A stretch of 64,000 nt of DNA from Eledone cirrhosa (Eukaryota). The stretch is from NCBI GenBank assembly GCA_964016885.1, contig OZ024744.1, forward strand, positions 13,702,001 through 13,766,000, in the 5' to 3' direction. Below, one piece after another: positions 41,501 through 54,299 of the stretch. Under the pieces are notes generated by a model. The model ran no database searches, was not told the origin of the DNA, and saw only the letters and a list, made by a program, of their open reading frames with translations. The position numbers and the translations under genes were made by a program. Every line of letters begins with the position of its first letter. The stretch's first letter is position 1.

Positions 41501-44500
41501 ATCAGAGAGTCACTCCAGTTAAAGCTACTCTCTAAATTGAGAGATCACAACTCCTATACTATGGAAATGTGGTTAGAACGTCTCAGTAGATCAGAGAGTC
41601 ACTCGAGTTAAAGCCACTCTCTAAATTGAGAGATCAGAACTCCCATACTATGGACATGTGGTTAGAATGTCTCAGTAGATCAGAGAGTCACTCCAGTTAA
41701 AGCTACTCACTAAATTGAGAGATCACAACACCCATACCATGGACATGGGTTTGAATGTCTCAGTAGATCAGAGATTCACTCCAGTTAAAGCTACTCTCTA
41801 AATTGAGAGATAACAACTCCAATACTATGGACATGTGGTTAGAATGTCTCAGTAGATTAGAGTGTCAATCCTGTTAAAGCTACTCTCTAAATTGAAAGAT
41901 CACAACTCCCATACTATGGACATGTGGGTAGAATGTCTCAGTAGATCAGAGAGTCACTCCAGTTAAAGCGACTAATTCTCTAAATTGAGAGATCACAACT
42001 CCCCTACTATGGACATGGGGTTTGAATGACTCAGTAGATCAGAGTGTCAATCCAGTTAAAGCTACTCTCTAAATTGAGAGATCACAACTCCAATAGTATG
42101 GTCATGGGGTTTGAATGTCTCAGTATATCAGAGTGTCAATCCAGTTAAAGCTACTCTCTAAATTGAGAGATCACAACTCCCATACTATGGACATGTGGGT
42201 AGAATGTCTCAGTAGATCAGAGATTCACTCCAGTTAAAGCTACTCTCTAAATTGAGAGATCACAACTCCCATAATATGGACATGTGGTTAGAACGTCTCA
42301 GTAGATCAGAAAGTCACTCCAGTTAAAGCTACACTCTAAATTGAGAGATCACAATTCCTATACTATGGACATGGGGTTAGAATGTCTCAGTAGATCAGAG
42401 AGTCACTTCAGTTGAAGCCACTCTCTAAATTGAGAGATCACAACTCCAATAGTATGGTCATGGGGTTTGAATGTCTTAGTAGATCAGAGTGTCAATCCAG
42501 TTAAAGTTACTCTCTAAATTGAGAGATCACAACTCCAATACTATGGAGATGGGCTTTGAATGTCTCAGTAGATCAGAGAGTCACTCCAGTTAAAGCTACA
42601 CTCTAAATTGAGAGATCACAACTCCAATACTATGGACATGTGGTTAGAATGTCTCAGTAGATCAGAGAGTCATTCCAGTTAAAGCGACTCTCTAAATTGA
42701 GAGATCACAACTCCCATACTATGGACATGTGGTTAGAATGTCTCAGTAGATCAGAGAGTCACTCCAGTTAAAGCTACTCTCTAAATTAAGAGATCACAAC
42801 TCCCATACTATGGAAATATGGTTAGAATGTCTCAGTAGATCAGAGAGTCACTCCAGTTAAAGCCACTCTCTAAATTGAGAGATCAGAACTCCCATACTAT
42901 GGACATGTGATTAGAATGTCTCAGTAGATCAGAAAGTCACTCCAGTTAAAGCTACACTCTAAATTTAGAGATCACAATTCCTATACTATGGACATGGGGT
43001 TAGAACGTCTCAGTAGATCAGAGGGTCACTCCAGTTAAAGCCACTCTCTAAATTGAGGGATCACAACTCCCATACTATGGACATGTGGTTAGAATGTCTC
43101 AGTAGATCAGAGAGTCACTCCAGTTAAAGCCACTCTCTAAATTGAGAGATCACAACTCCAATACTATGGACATGTGGTTTGAATGTCTCAGTAGATCAGA
43201 GAGTCACTTCAGTTAAAGCTACTCTCTAAATTGAGAGATCACAACTCCAATACTATGGACATGGGGTTTGAAAGACTCAGTAGATCAGAGAGTCACTCCA
43301 GTTAAAGCTACTCTCTAGATTGAGAGATCACAACTCCCATACTATGGACATGTGGTTAGAATGTCTCAGTAGATCAGAGAGTCACTCCAGTTAAAGCCAC
43401 TCTCTAAATTGAGAGATCACAACTCCCATACTATGGACATGTGTTTAGAATGTCTCAGTAGATCAGAGAGTCAATCCAGTTAAAGCTACTCTCTAAATTG
43501 AGAGATCACAACTCCTATACTATGGACATGGGGTTAGAATGTCTCAGTAGATCAGAGTGTCACTCCAGTTAATGCCACTCTCTAAATTGAGAGATCACAA
43601 CTCCCATACTATGGACATGTGGTTAGAATGTCTCAGTAGATCAGAGAGTCACTCCAGTTAAAGCCACTCTCTAATTTGAGAGATCACAACTCGCATATTA
43701 TGGATATGTGGGTAGAATGTCTCAGTAGATCAGAGTGTCACTCCAGTTAAATCTACTCTCTAAATTGAGAGATCACAACTCCCATACTATGGACATGTGG
43801 TTAGAATGTCTCAGTAGATCAGAGAATCACTCCAGTTAAAGCCACTCTCTAAATTGAGAGATCACAACTCTAATACTATGGTCATGTGGTTAGAATGTCT
43901 CAGTAGATCAGAGAGTCACTCCAGTTACAGCCACTCTCTAAATTGAGAGATCACAACTCCCATACTATGGACATGTGGGTAGAATGTCTCAGTAGATCAG
44001 AGAGTCACTCCAGTTAAAGCCACTAATTCTCTAAATTGAGAGATCACAACTTCCATACTATGGATATGTGGTTAGAATGTCTCAGTAGATCAGAGAGTCA
44101 CTCCAGTTAAAGCCACTCTCTAAATTGAGAGATTACAACTCCAATACTATGGACATGTGGTTAGAATGTCTCAGTAGATTAGAGAGTCACTCCAGTTAAA
44201 GCCACTCTCTAAATTGAGAGACCACAACTCCAATACTATGGACATGGGGTTAGAATGTCTCAGTAGATCAGAGTATCACTCCAGTTAAAGCCACTCTCTA
44301 AATTGAGAGATCACAACTTCCATACTATGGACATGTGGTTAGAATGTCTCAGTAGATCAGAGAGTCACTTCAGTTGAAGCCACTCTCTAAATTGAGAGAT
44401 CACAACTCCAATAGTATGGTCATGGGGTTTGAATGTCTTAGTAGATCAGAGTGTCAATCCAGTTAAAGTTACTCTCTAAATTGAGAGATCACAACTCCAA

Positions 44501-47500
44501 TACTATGGAGATGGGCTTTGAATGTCTCAGTAGATCAGAGAGTCACTCCAGTTAAAGCTACACTCTAAATTGAGAGATCACAACTCCAATACTATGGACA
44601 TGTGGTTAGAATGTCTCAGTAGATCAGAGAGTCATTCCAGTTAAAGCGACTCTCTAAATTGAGAGATCACAACTCCCATACTATGGACATGTGGTTAGAA
44701 CGTCTCAGTAGATCAGAGAGTCACTCCAGTTAAAGCTACTCTCTAAATTGAGAGATCACATCTCCCATACTATGGAAATGTGGTTAGAATGTCTCCGTAG
44801 ATCAGAGAGTCACTCCAGTTAAAGCCACTCTCTAAATTGAGAGATCAGAACTCCCATACTATGGACATGTGATTAGAATGTCTCAGTAGATCAGAAAGTC
44901 ACTCCAGTTAAAGCTACACTCTAAATTTAGAGATCACAATTCCTATACTATGGACATGGGGTTAGAACGTCTCAGTAGATCAGAGGGTCACTCCAGTTAA
45001 AGCCACTCTCTAAATTGAGGGATCACAACTCCCATACTATGGACATGTGGTTAGAATGTCTCAGTAGATCAGAGAGTCACTCCAGTTAAAGCCACTCTCT
45101 AAATTGAGAGATCACAACTCCAATACTATGGACATGTGGTTTGAATGTCTCAGTAGATCAGAGAGTCACTTCAGTTAAAGCTACTCTCTAAATTGAGAGA
45201 TCACAACTCCAATACTATGGACATGGGGTTTGAAAGACTCAGTAGATCAGAGAGTCACTCCAGTTAAAGCTACTCTCTAGATTGAGAGATCACAACTCCC
45301 ATACTATGGACATGTGGTTAGAATGTCTCAGTAGATCAGAGAGTCACTCCAGTTAAAGCCACTCTCTAAATTGAGAGATCACAACTCCCATACTATGGAC
45401 ATGTGTTTAGAATGTCTCAGTAGATCAGAGAGTCAATCCAGTTAAAGCTACTCTCTAAATTGAGAGATCACAACTCCTATACTATGGACATGGGGTTAGA
45501 ATGTCTCAGTAGATCAGAGTGTCACTCCAGTTAATGCCACTCTCTAAATTGAGAGATCACAACTCCCATACTATGGACATGTGGTTAGAATGTCTCAGTA
45601 GATCAGAGAGTCACTCCAGTTAAAGCCACTCTCTAATTTGAGAGATCACAACTCGCATATTATGGATATGTGGGTAGAATGTCTCAGTAGATCAGAGTGT
45701 CACTCCAGTTAAATCTACTCTCTAAATTGAGAGATCACAACTCCCATACTATGGACATGTGGTTAGAATGTCTCAGTAGATCAGAGAATCACTCCAGTTA
45801 AAGCCACTCTCTAAATTGAGAGATCACAACTCTAATACTATGGTCATGTGGTTAGAATGTCTCAGTAGATCAGAGAGTCACTCCAGTTACAGCCACTCTC
45901 TAAATTGAGAGATCACAACTCCCATACTATGGACATGTGGGTAGAATGTCTCAGTAGATCAGAGATTCACTCCAGTTAAAGCCACTAATTCTCTAAATTG
46001 AGAGATCACAACTTCCATACTATGGATATGTGGTTAGAATGTCTCAGTAGATCAGAGAGTCACTCCAGTTAAAGCCACTCTCTAAATTGAGAGATCATAA
46101 CTCCAATACTATGGACATGTGGTTAGAATGTCTCAGTAGATCAGAGTGTCACTCCAGTTAAAGCTACTCTCTAAATTGAGAGATTACAACTCCAATACTA
46201 TGGACATGGGGTTTGAATGTCTCAGTAGATCAGAGAGTCACTCCAGTTAAAGCTACTCTCTAAATTGAGAGATCACAACTCCCATACTATGGACATGGGG
46301 TTAGAATGTCTCAGTAGATCAGAGAGTCATTCCAGTTAAAGCCACTCTCTAAATTGAGAGATCATAACTCCCATACTATGGACATGTGGTTAGAATGTCT
46401 CAGTAGATCAGAGAGTCACTCTTGTTAAAGCTACTCTCTAAATTGAGAGATCACAACTCCTATACTATGGACATGTGGTTAGAATGTCTCAGTAGATCAG
46501 AGTGTCACTCCAGTTAAAGCTACTCTCTAAATTGAGAGATTACAACTCCAATACTATGGACATGGGGTTTGAATGTCTCAGTAGATCAGAGTGTCACTCC
46601 AGTTAAAGCTACTCTCTAAATTGAGAGATCACAACTCGCATACTATGGACATGTGGTTAGAATGTCTCAGTAGATCAGAGAGTCACTCCAGTTAAAGCTA
46701 CTCTCTAAATTGAGAGATCACAACTCCCATAGTATGGACATGTGGTTAGAATGTCTCAGTAGATCAGAGAGTCCCTCCAGTTAAAGCCACTCTCTAAATT
46801 GTGATATCACAACTCCCATACTATGGACATGTGGTGAGAATGTCTCAGTAGATCAGAGAGTCACTCCAGTTAAAGCTACTCTCTAAATTGAGAGATCACA
46901 ACTCCTATACTATGGACATGGTGTTAGAATGTCTCAGTAGATCAGAATGTCACTCCAGATAAAGCCACTCTCTAAATTGAGAGATCACAACTTCCATACT
47001 ATGGACATGTGGTTAGAATGTCTCAGTAGTTCAGAGAATCACTTCAGTTGAAGCCACTCTCTAAATTGAGAGATCACAACTCCAATAGTATGGTCATGGG
47101 GTTTGAATGTCTCAGTATATCAGAGTGTCAATCCAGTTAAAGTTACTCTCTAAATTGAGAGATCACAACTCCAATACTATGGACATGTGGTTAGAATGTC
47201 TCAGTAGATCAGAAAGTCACTCCAGTTAAAGCTACACTCTAAATTGAGAGATCACAATTCCTATACTATGGACATGGGGTTAGAATGTCTTAGTAGATCA
47301 GAGTGTCAATCCAGTTAAAGCTACTCTCTAAATTGAGGGATCACAACTCCCATACTATGGACATGTGGGTAGAATGTCTCAGTAGATCAGAGAGTCACTC
47401 CAGTTAAAGCCACTAATTCTCTAAATTGAGAGATCACAACTCCCATTCTATGGACATGTGGTTAGAATGTCTCAGTAGATCAGAGAGTCACTCCAGTTAA

Positions 47501-50500
47501 AGCTACTCACTAAATTGAGAGATCACAACACCCATACCATGGACATGGGTTTGAATGTCTCAGTAGATCAGAGATTCACTCCAGTTAAAGCTACTCTCTA
47601 AATTGAGAGATAACAACTCCAATACTATGGACATGTGGTTAGAATGTCTCAGTAGATTAGAGTGTCAATCCTGTTAAAGCTACTCTCTAAATTGAGAGAT
47701 CACAACTCCCATACTATGGACATGTGGGTAGAATGTCTCAGTAGATCAGAGAGTCACTCCAGTTAAAGCGACTAATTCTCTAAATTGAGAGATCACAACT
47801 CCCCTACTATGGACATGGGGTTTGAATGTCTCAGTAGATCAGAGTGTCAATCCAGTTAAAGCTACTCTCTAAATTGAGAGATCACAACTCCAATAGTATG
47901 GTCATGGGGTTTGAATGTCTCAGTATATCAGAGTGTCAATCCAGTTAAAGCTACTCTCTAAATTGAGAGATCACAACTCCTATACTATGGACATGTGGGT
48001 AGAATGTCTCAGTAGATCAGAGATTCACTCCAGTTAAAGCTACTCTCTAAATTGAGAGATCACAACTCCAATACTATGGACATGTGGTTAGAATGTCTCA
48101 GTAGATTAGAGAGTCACTCCAGTTAAAGCCACTCTCTAAATTGAGAGATCACAACTCCAATACTATGGACATGGGGTTAGAATGTCTCAGTAGATCAGAG
48201 TATCACTCCAGTTAAAGCCACTCTCTAAATTGAGAGATCACAACTTCCATACTATGGACATGTGGTTAGAATGTCTCAGTAGATCAGAGAGTCACTCCAG
48301 TTAAAGCCACTCTCTAAATTGAGAGATCACAACTCCAATAATATGAACATGGGGTTTGAATGTCTCAGTACATCAGAGTGTCACTCCAGTTAAAGCTACT
48401 CTCTAAATTGAGAGATCACAACTTCAATACTATGGACATGGGGTTTGATAGTCTCAGTAGATCAGAGTGTCACTCCAGTTAAAGCTACTCTCTAAATTGA
48501 TTGATTACAACTCCAATACTATGGACATGGGTTTTGAATGTCTCAGTAGATCAGATAGTCACTCCAGTTAAAGCTACTCTCTAAATTGAGAGATCACAAC
48601 TCCCATACTATGGACATGTGGTTAGAATGTCTCAGTAGATCAGAGAGTCACTCCAGTTAAAGCTACTCTCTAAATTGAGAGATCACAACTCCCATACTAT
48701 GGACATGTGGTTAGAATGTCTCAGTAGATCAGGGAGTCACTCCAGTTAAAGCCACTCTCTAAATTGAGAGATCACAACTCCCATACTATGGACATGTGTT
48801 TAGAATGTCTCAGTAGATCAGAGAGTCAATCCAGTTAAAGCTACTCTCTAAATTGAGAGATCACAACTCCTATACTATGGACATGGGGTTAGAACGTCTC
48901 AGTAGATAAGAGTGTCACTCCAGTTAAAGCCACTCTCTAAATTGAGAGATCACAACTCCCATACTATGGACATGTGGTGAGAATGTCTCAGTAGATCAGA
49001 GAGTCACTCCAGTTAAAGCTACTCTCTAAATTGAGAGATCACAACTCCTATACTATGGACATGGGGTTAGAATGTCTCAGTAGATCAGAGTGTCATTCCA
49101 GTTAAAGCCACTCTCTAAATTTAGAGATCACAACTCCAATACTATGGACATGTGGTTAGAATGTCTCAGTAGATTAGAGAGTCATTCCAGTTAAAGCCAC
49201 TCTCTAAATTGAGAGATCACAACTCCCATACTATGGACATGTGGTTAGAATGTCTCAGTAGATCAGAGAGTCACTCCAGTTAAAGCTACTCTCTAAATTG
49301 AGAGATCACAACTCCTATACTATGGAAATGTGGTTAGAACGTCTCAGTAGATCAGAGAGTCACTCGAGTTAAAGCCACTCTCTAAATTGAGAGATCAGAA
49401 CTCCCATACTATGGACATGTGGTTAGAATGTCTCAGTAGATCAGAGAGTCACTCCAGTTAAAGCTACTCACTAAATTGAGAGATCACAACACCCATACCA
49501 TGGACATGGGTTTGAATGTCTCAGTAGATCAGAGATTCACTCCAGTTAAAGCTACTCTCTAAATTGAGAGATAACAACTCCAATACTATGGACATGTGGT
49601 TAGAATGTCTCAGTAGATTAGAGTGTCAATCCTGTTAAAGCTACTCTCTAAATTGAAAGATCACAACTCCCATACTATGGACATGTGGGTAGAATGTCTC
49701 AGTAGATCAGAGAGTCACTCCAGTTAAAGCGACTAATTCTCTAAATTGAGAGATCACAACTCCCCTACTATGGACATGGGGTTTGAATGTCTCAGTAGAT
49801 CAGAGTGTCAATCCAGTTAAAGCTACTCTCTAAATTGAGAGATCACAACTCCAATAGTATGGTCATGGGGTTTGAATGTCTCAGTATATCAGAGTGTCAA
49901 TCCAGTTAAAGCTACTCTCTAAATTGAGAGATCACAACTCCCATACTATGGACATGTGGGTAGAATGTCTCAGTAGATCAGAGATTCACTCCAGTTAAAG
50001 CTACTCTCTAAATTGAGAGATCACAACTCCCATAATATGGACATGTGGTTAGAACGTCTCAGTAGATCAGAAAGTCACTCCAGTTAAAGCTACACTCTAA
50101 ATTGAGAGATCACAATTCCTATACTATGGACATGGGGTTAGAATGTCTCAGTAGATCAGAGAGTCACTTCAGTTGAAGCCACTCTCTAAATTGAGAGATC
50201 ACAACTCCAATAGTATGGTCATGGGGTTTGAATGTCTTAGTAGATCAGAGTGTCAATCCAGTTAAAGTTACTCTCTAAATTGAGAGATCACAACTCCAAT
50301 ACTATGGAGATGGGCTTTGAATGTCTCAGTAGATCAGAGAGTCACTCCAGTTAAAGCTACACTCTAAATTGAGAGATCACAACTCCAATACTATGGACAT
50401 GTGGTTAGAATGTCTCAGTAGATCAGAGAGTCATTCCAGTTAAAGCGACTCTCTAAATTGAGAGATCACAACTCCCATACTATGGACATGTGGTTAGAAT

Positions 50501-53500
50501 GTCTCAGTAGATCAGAGAGTCACTCCAGTTAAAGCTACTCTCTAAATTGAGAGATCACAACTCCCATACTATGGAAATATGGTTAGAATGTCTCAGTAGA
50601 TCAGAGAGTCACTCCAGTTAAAGCCACTCTCTAAATTGAGAGATCAGAACTCCCATACTATGGACATGTGATTAGAATGTCTCAGTAGATCAGAAAGTCA
50701 CTCCAGTTAAAGCTACACTCTAAATTGAGAGATCACAATTCCTATACTATGGACATGGGGTTAGAATGTCTCAGTAGATCAGAGGGTCACTCCAGTTAAA
50801 GCCACTCTCTAAATTGAGGGATCACAACTCCCATACTATGGACATGTGGTTAGAATGTCTCAGTAGATCAGAGAGTCACTCCAGTTAAAGCCAGTCTCTA
50901 AATTGAGAGATCACAACTCCAATACTATGGACATGTGGTTTGAATGTCTCAGTAGATCAGAGAGTCACTTCAGTTAAAGCTACTCTCTAAATTGAGAGAT
51001 CACAACTCCAATACTATGGACATGGGGTTTGAAAGACTCAGTAGATCAGAGAGTCACTCCAGTTAAAGCTACTCTCTAGATTGAGAGATCACAACTCCCA
51101 TACTATGGACATGTGGTTAGAATGTCTCAGTAGATCAGAGAGTCACTCCAGTTAAAGCCACTCTCTAAATTGAGAGATCACAACTCCCATACTATGGACA
51201 TGTGTTTAGAATGTCTCAGTAGATCAGAGAGTCAATCCAGTTAAAGCTACTCTCTAAATTGAGAGATCACAACTCCTATACTATGGACATGGGGTTAGAA
51301 TGTCTCAGTAGATCAGAGTGTCACTCCAGTTAATGCCACTCTCTAAATTGAGAGATCACAACTCCCATACTATGGACATGTGGTTAGATTGTCTCAGTAG
51401 ATCAGAGAGTCACCCCAGTTAAAGCCACTCTCTAATTTGAGAGATCACAACTCGCATATTATGGATATGTGGGTAGAATGTCTCAGTAGATCAGAGTGTC
51501 ACTCCAGTTAAATCTACTCTCTAAATTGAGAGATCACAACTCCCATACTATGGACATGTGGTTAGAATGTCTCAGTAGATCAGAGAATCACTCCAGTTAA
51601 AGCCACTCTCTAAATTGAGAGATCACAACTCTAATACTATGGTCATGTGGTTAGAATGTCTCAGTAGATCAGAGAGACACTCCAGTTAAAGCCACTCTCT
51701 AAATTGAGAGATCACAACTCCCATACTATGGACATGTGGGTAGAATGTCTCAGTAGATCAGAGAGTCACTCCAGTTAAAGCCACTAATTCTCTAAATTGA
51801 GAGATCACAACTTCCATACTATGGATATGTGGTTAGAATGTCTCAGTAGATCAGAGAGTCACTCCAGTTAAAGCCACTCTCTAAATTGAAAGATCATAAC
51901 TCCAATACTATGGACATGTGGCTAGAATGTCTCAGTAGATCAGAGTGTCACTCCAGTTAAAGCTACTCTCTAAATTGAGAGATTACAACTCCAATACTAT
52001 GGACATGGGGTTTGAATGTCTCAGTAGATCAGAGAGTCACTCCAGTTAAAGCTACTCTCTAAATTGAGAGATCACAACTCCCATACTATGGACATGGGGT
52101 TAGAATGTCTCAGTAGATCAGATAGTCATTCCAGTTAAAGCCACTCTCTAAATTGAGAGATCATAACTCCCATACTATGGACATGTGGTTAGAATGTCTC
52201 AGTAGATCAGAGAGTCACTCTTGTTAAAGCTACTCTCTAAATTGAGAGATCACAACTCCCATACTATTGACATGTGGTTCGAATCTCTCAGTAGATCAGA
52301 GAGTCATTCCAGTAAAAGCCACTCTCTAAATTGAGAGATCACAACTCCCATACTATGGACGTATGGTTAGAATGTCTCAGTAGATCAGAGAATCACTCCA
52401 GTTAAAGCTACTCTCTAAATTGAGAGATCACAACTCCCATACTATGGACATGTGGTTAGAATGTCTCAGTAGATCAGAGAGTCACTCCAGTTAAAGCCAC
52501 TCTCTAAATTGAAAGATCACAACTCCCATACTATGGACATGTGATTAGAATGTCTCAGTAGATCAGAAAGTCACTCCAGTTAAAGCTACACTCTAAATTG
52601 AGAGATCACAGCTCCTATACTATGGAAATGTGGTTAGAATGTCTCAGTAGATCAGAGAGTCACTCCAGTTAAAGCCACTCTCTAAATTGAGAGATCAGAA
52701 CTCCCATACTATGGACATGTGATTAGAATGTCTCAGTAGATCAGAAAGTCACTCCAGTTAAAGCTACACTCTAAATTGAGAGATCACAATTCCTATACTA
52801 TGGACATGGGGTTAGAATGTCTCAGTAGATCAGAGGGTCACTCCAGTTAAAGCCACTCTCTAAATTGAGGGATCACAACTCCCATACTATGGACATGTGG
52901 TTAGGATGTCTCAGTAGATCAGAGAGTCACTCCAGTTAAAGCCACTCTCTAAATTGAGAGATCACAACTCCAATACTATGGACATGTGGTTTGAATGTCT
53001 CAGTAGATCAGAGAGTCACTTCAGTTAAAGCTACTCTCTAAATTGAGAGATCACAACTCCAATACTATGGACATGGGGTTTGAAAGACTCAGTAGATCAG
53101 AGAGTCACTCCAGTTAAAGCTACTCTCTAGATTGAGAGATCACAACTCCCATACTATGGACATGTGGTTAGAATGTCTCAGTAGATCAGAGAGTCACTCC
53201 AGTTAAAGCCACTCTCTAAATTGAGAGATCACAACTCCCATACTATGGACATGTGTTTAGAATGTCTCAGTAGATCAGAGAGTCAATCCAGTTAAAGCTA
53301 CTCTCTAAATTGAGAGATCACAACTGCTATACTATGGACATGGGGTTAGAATGTCTCAGTAGATCAGAGTGTCACTCCAGTTAATGCCACTCTCTAAATT
53401 GAGAGATCACAACTCCCATACTATGGACATGTGGTTAGAATGTCTCAGTAGATCAGAGAGTCACTCCAGTTAAAGCCACTCTCTAATTTGAGAGATCACA

Positions 53501-54200
53501 ACTGGCATATTATGGATATGTGGGTAGAATGTCTCAGTCGATCAGAGTGTCACTCCAGTTAAATCTACTCTCTAAATTGAGAGATCACAACTCCCATACT
53601 ATGGACATGTGGTTAGAATGTCTCAGTAGATCAGAGAGTCACTCCAGTTAAAGCCACTCTCTAAATTGAGAGATCACAACTCCCATACTATGGACATGTG
53701 GGTAGAATGTCTCAGTAGATCAGAGAGTCACTCCAGTTAAAGCCACTAATTCTCTAAATTGAGAGATCACAACTTCCATACTATGGATATGTGGTTAGAA
53801 TGTCTCAGTAGATCAGAGAGTCACTCCAGTTAAAGCCACTCTCTAAATTGAGAGATCATAACTCCAATACTATGGACATGTGGTTAGAATGTCTCAGTAG
53901 ATCAGAGTGTCACTCCAGTTAAAGCTACTCTCTAAATTGAGAGATTACAACTCCAATACTATGGACATGGGGTTTGAATGTCTCAGTAGATCAGAGAGTC
54001 ACTCCAGTTAAAGCTACTCTCTAAATTGAGAGATCACAACTCCCATACTATGGACATGGAGTTAGAATGTCTCAGTAGATCAGAGAGTCATTCCAGTTAA
54101 AGCCACTCTCTAAATTGAGAGATCATAACTCCCATACTATGGACATGTGGTTAGAATGTCTCAGTAGATCAGAAAGTCACTCCAGTTAAAGCTACACTCT
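34800..54200. repeat. HOR domain C: about 7.6-7.8 kb super-repeat (85-87 monomers), about 2.5 copies, containing paired 22-mers
   Basis: CAGTTAATGC at 35981/37943, 43566/45528 and 51327/53378 (super-offsets 7585 and 7761). The rare variant CTAAATTGATTGATTAC occurs at 40731 and 48492 (offset 7761), and GAGTCACTTC at 42400 and 50161 (offset 7761). Confidence 0.9.
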
Positions 54201-54299
54201 AAATTGAGAGATCACAGCTCCTATACTATGGAAATGGGGTTAGAATGTCTCAGTAGATCAGAGAGTCACTCCAGTTAAAGCCACTCTCTAAATTGAGAG

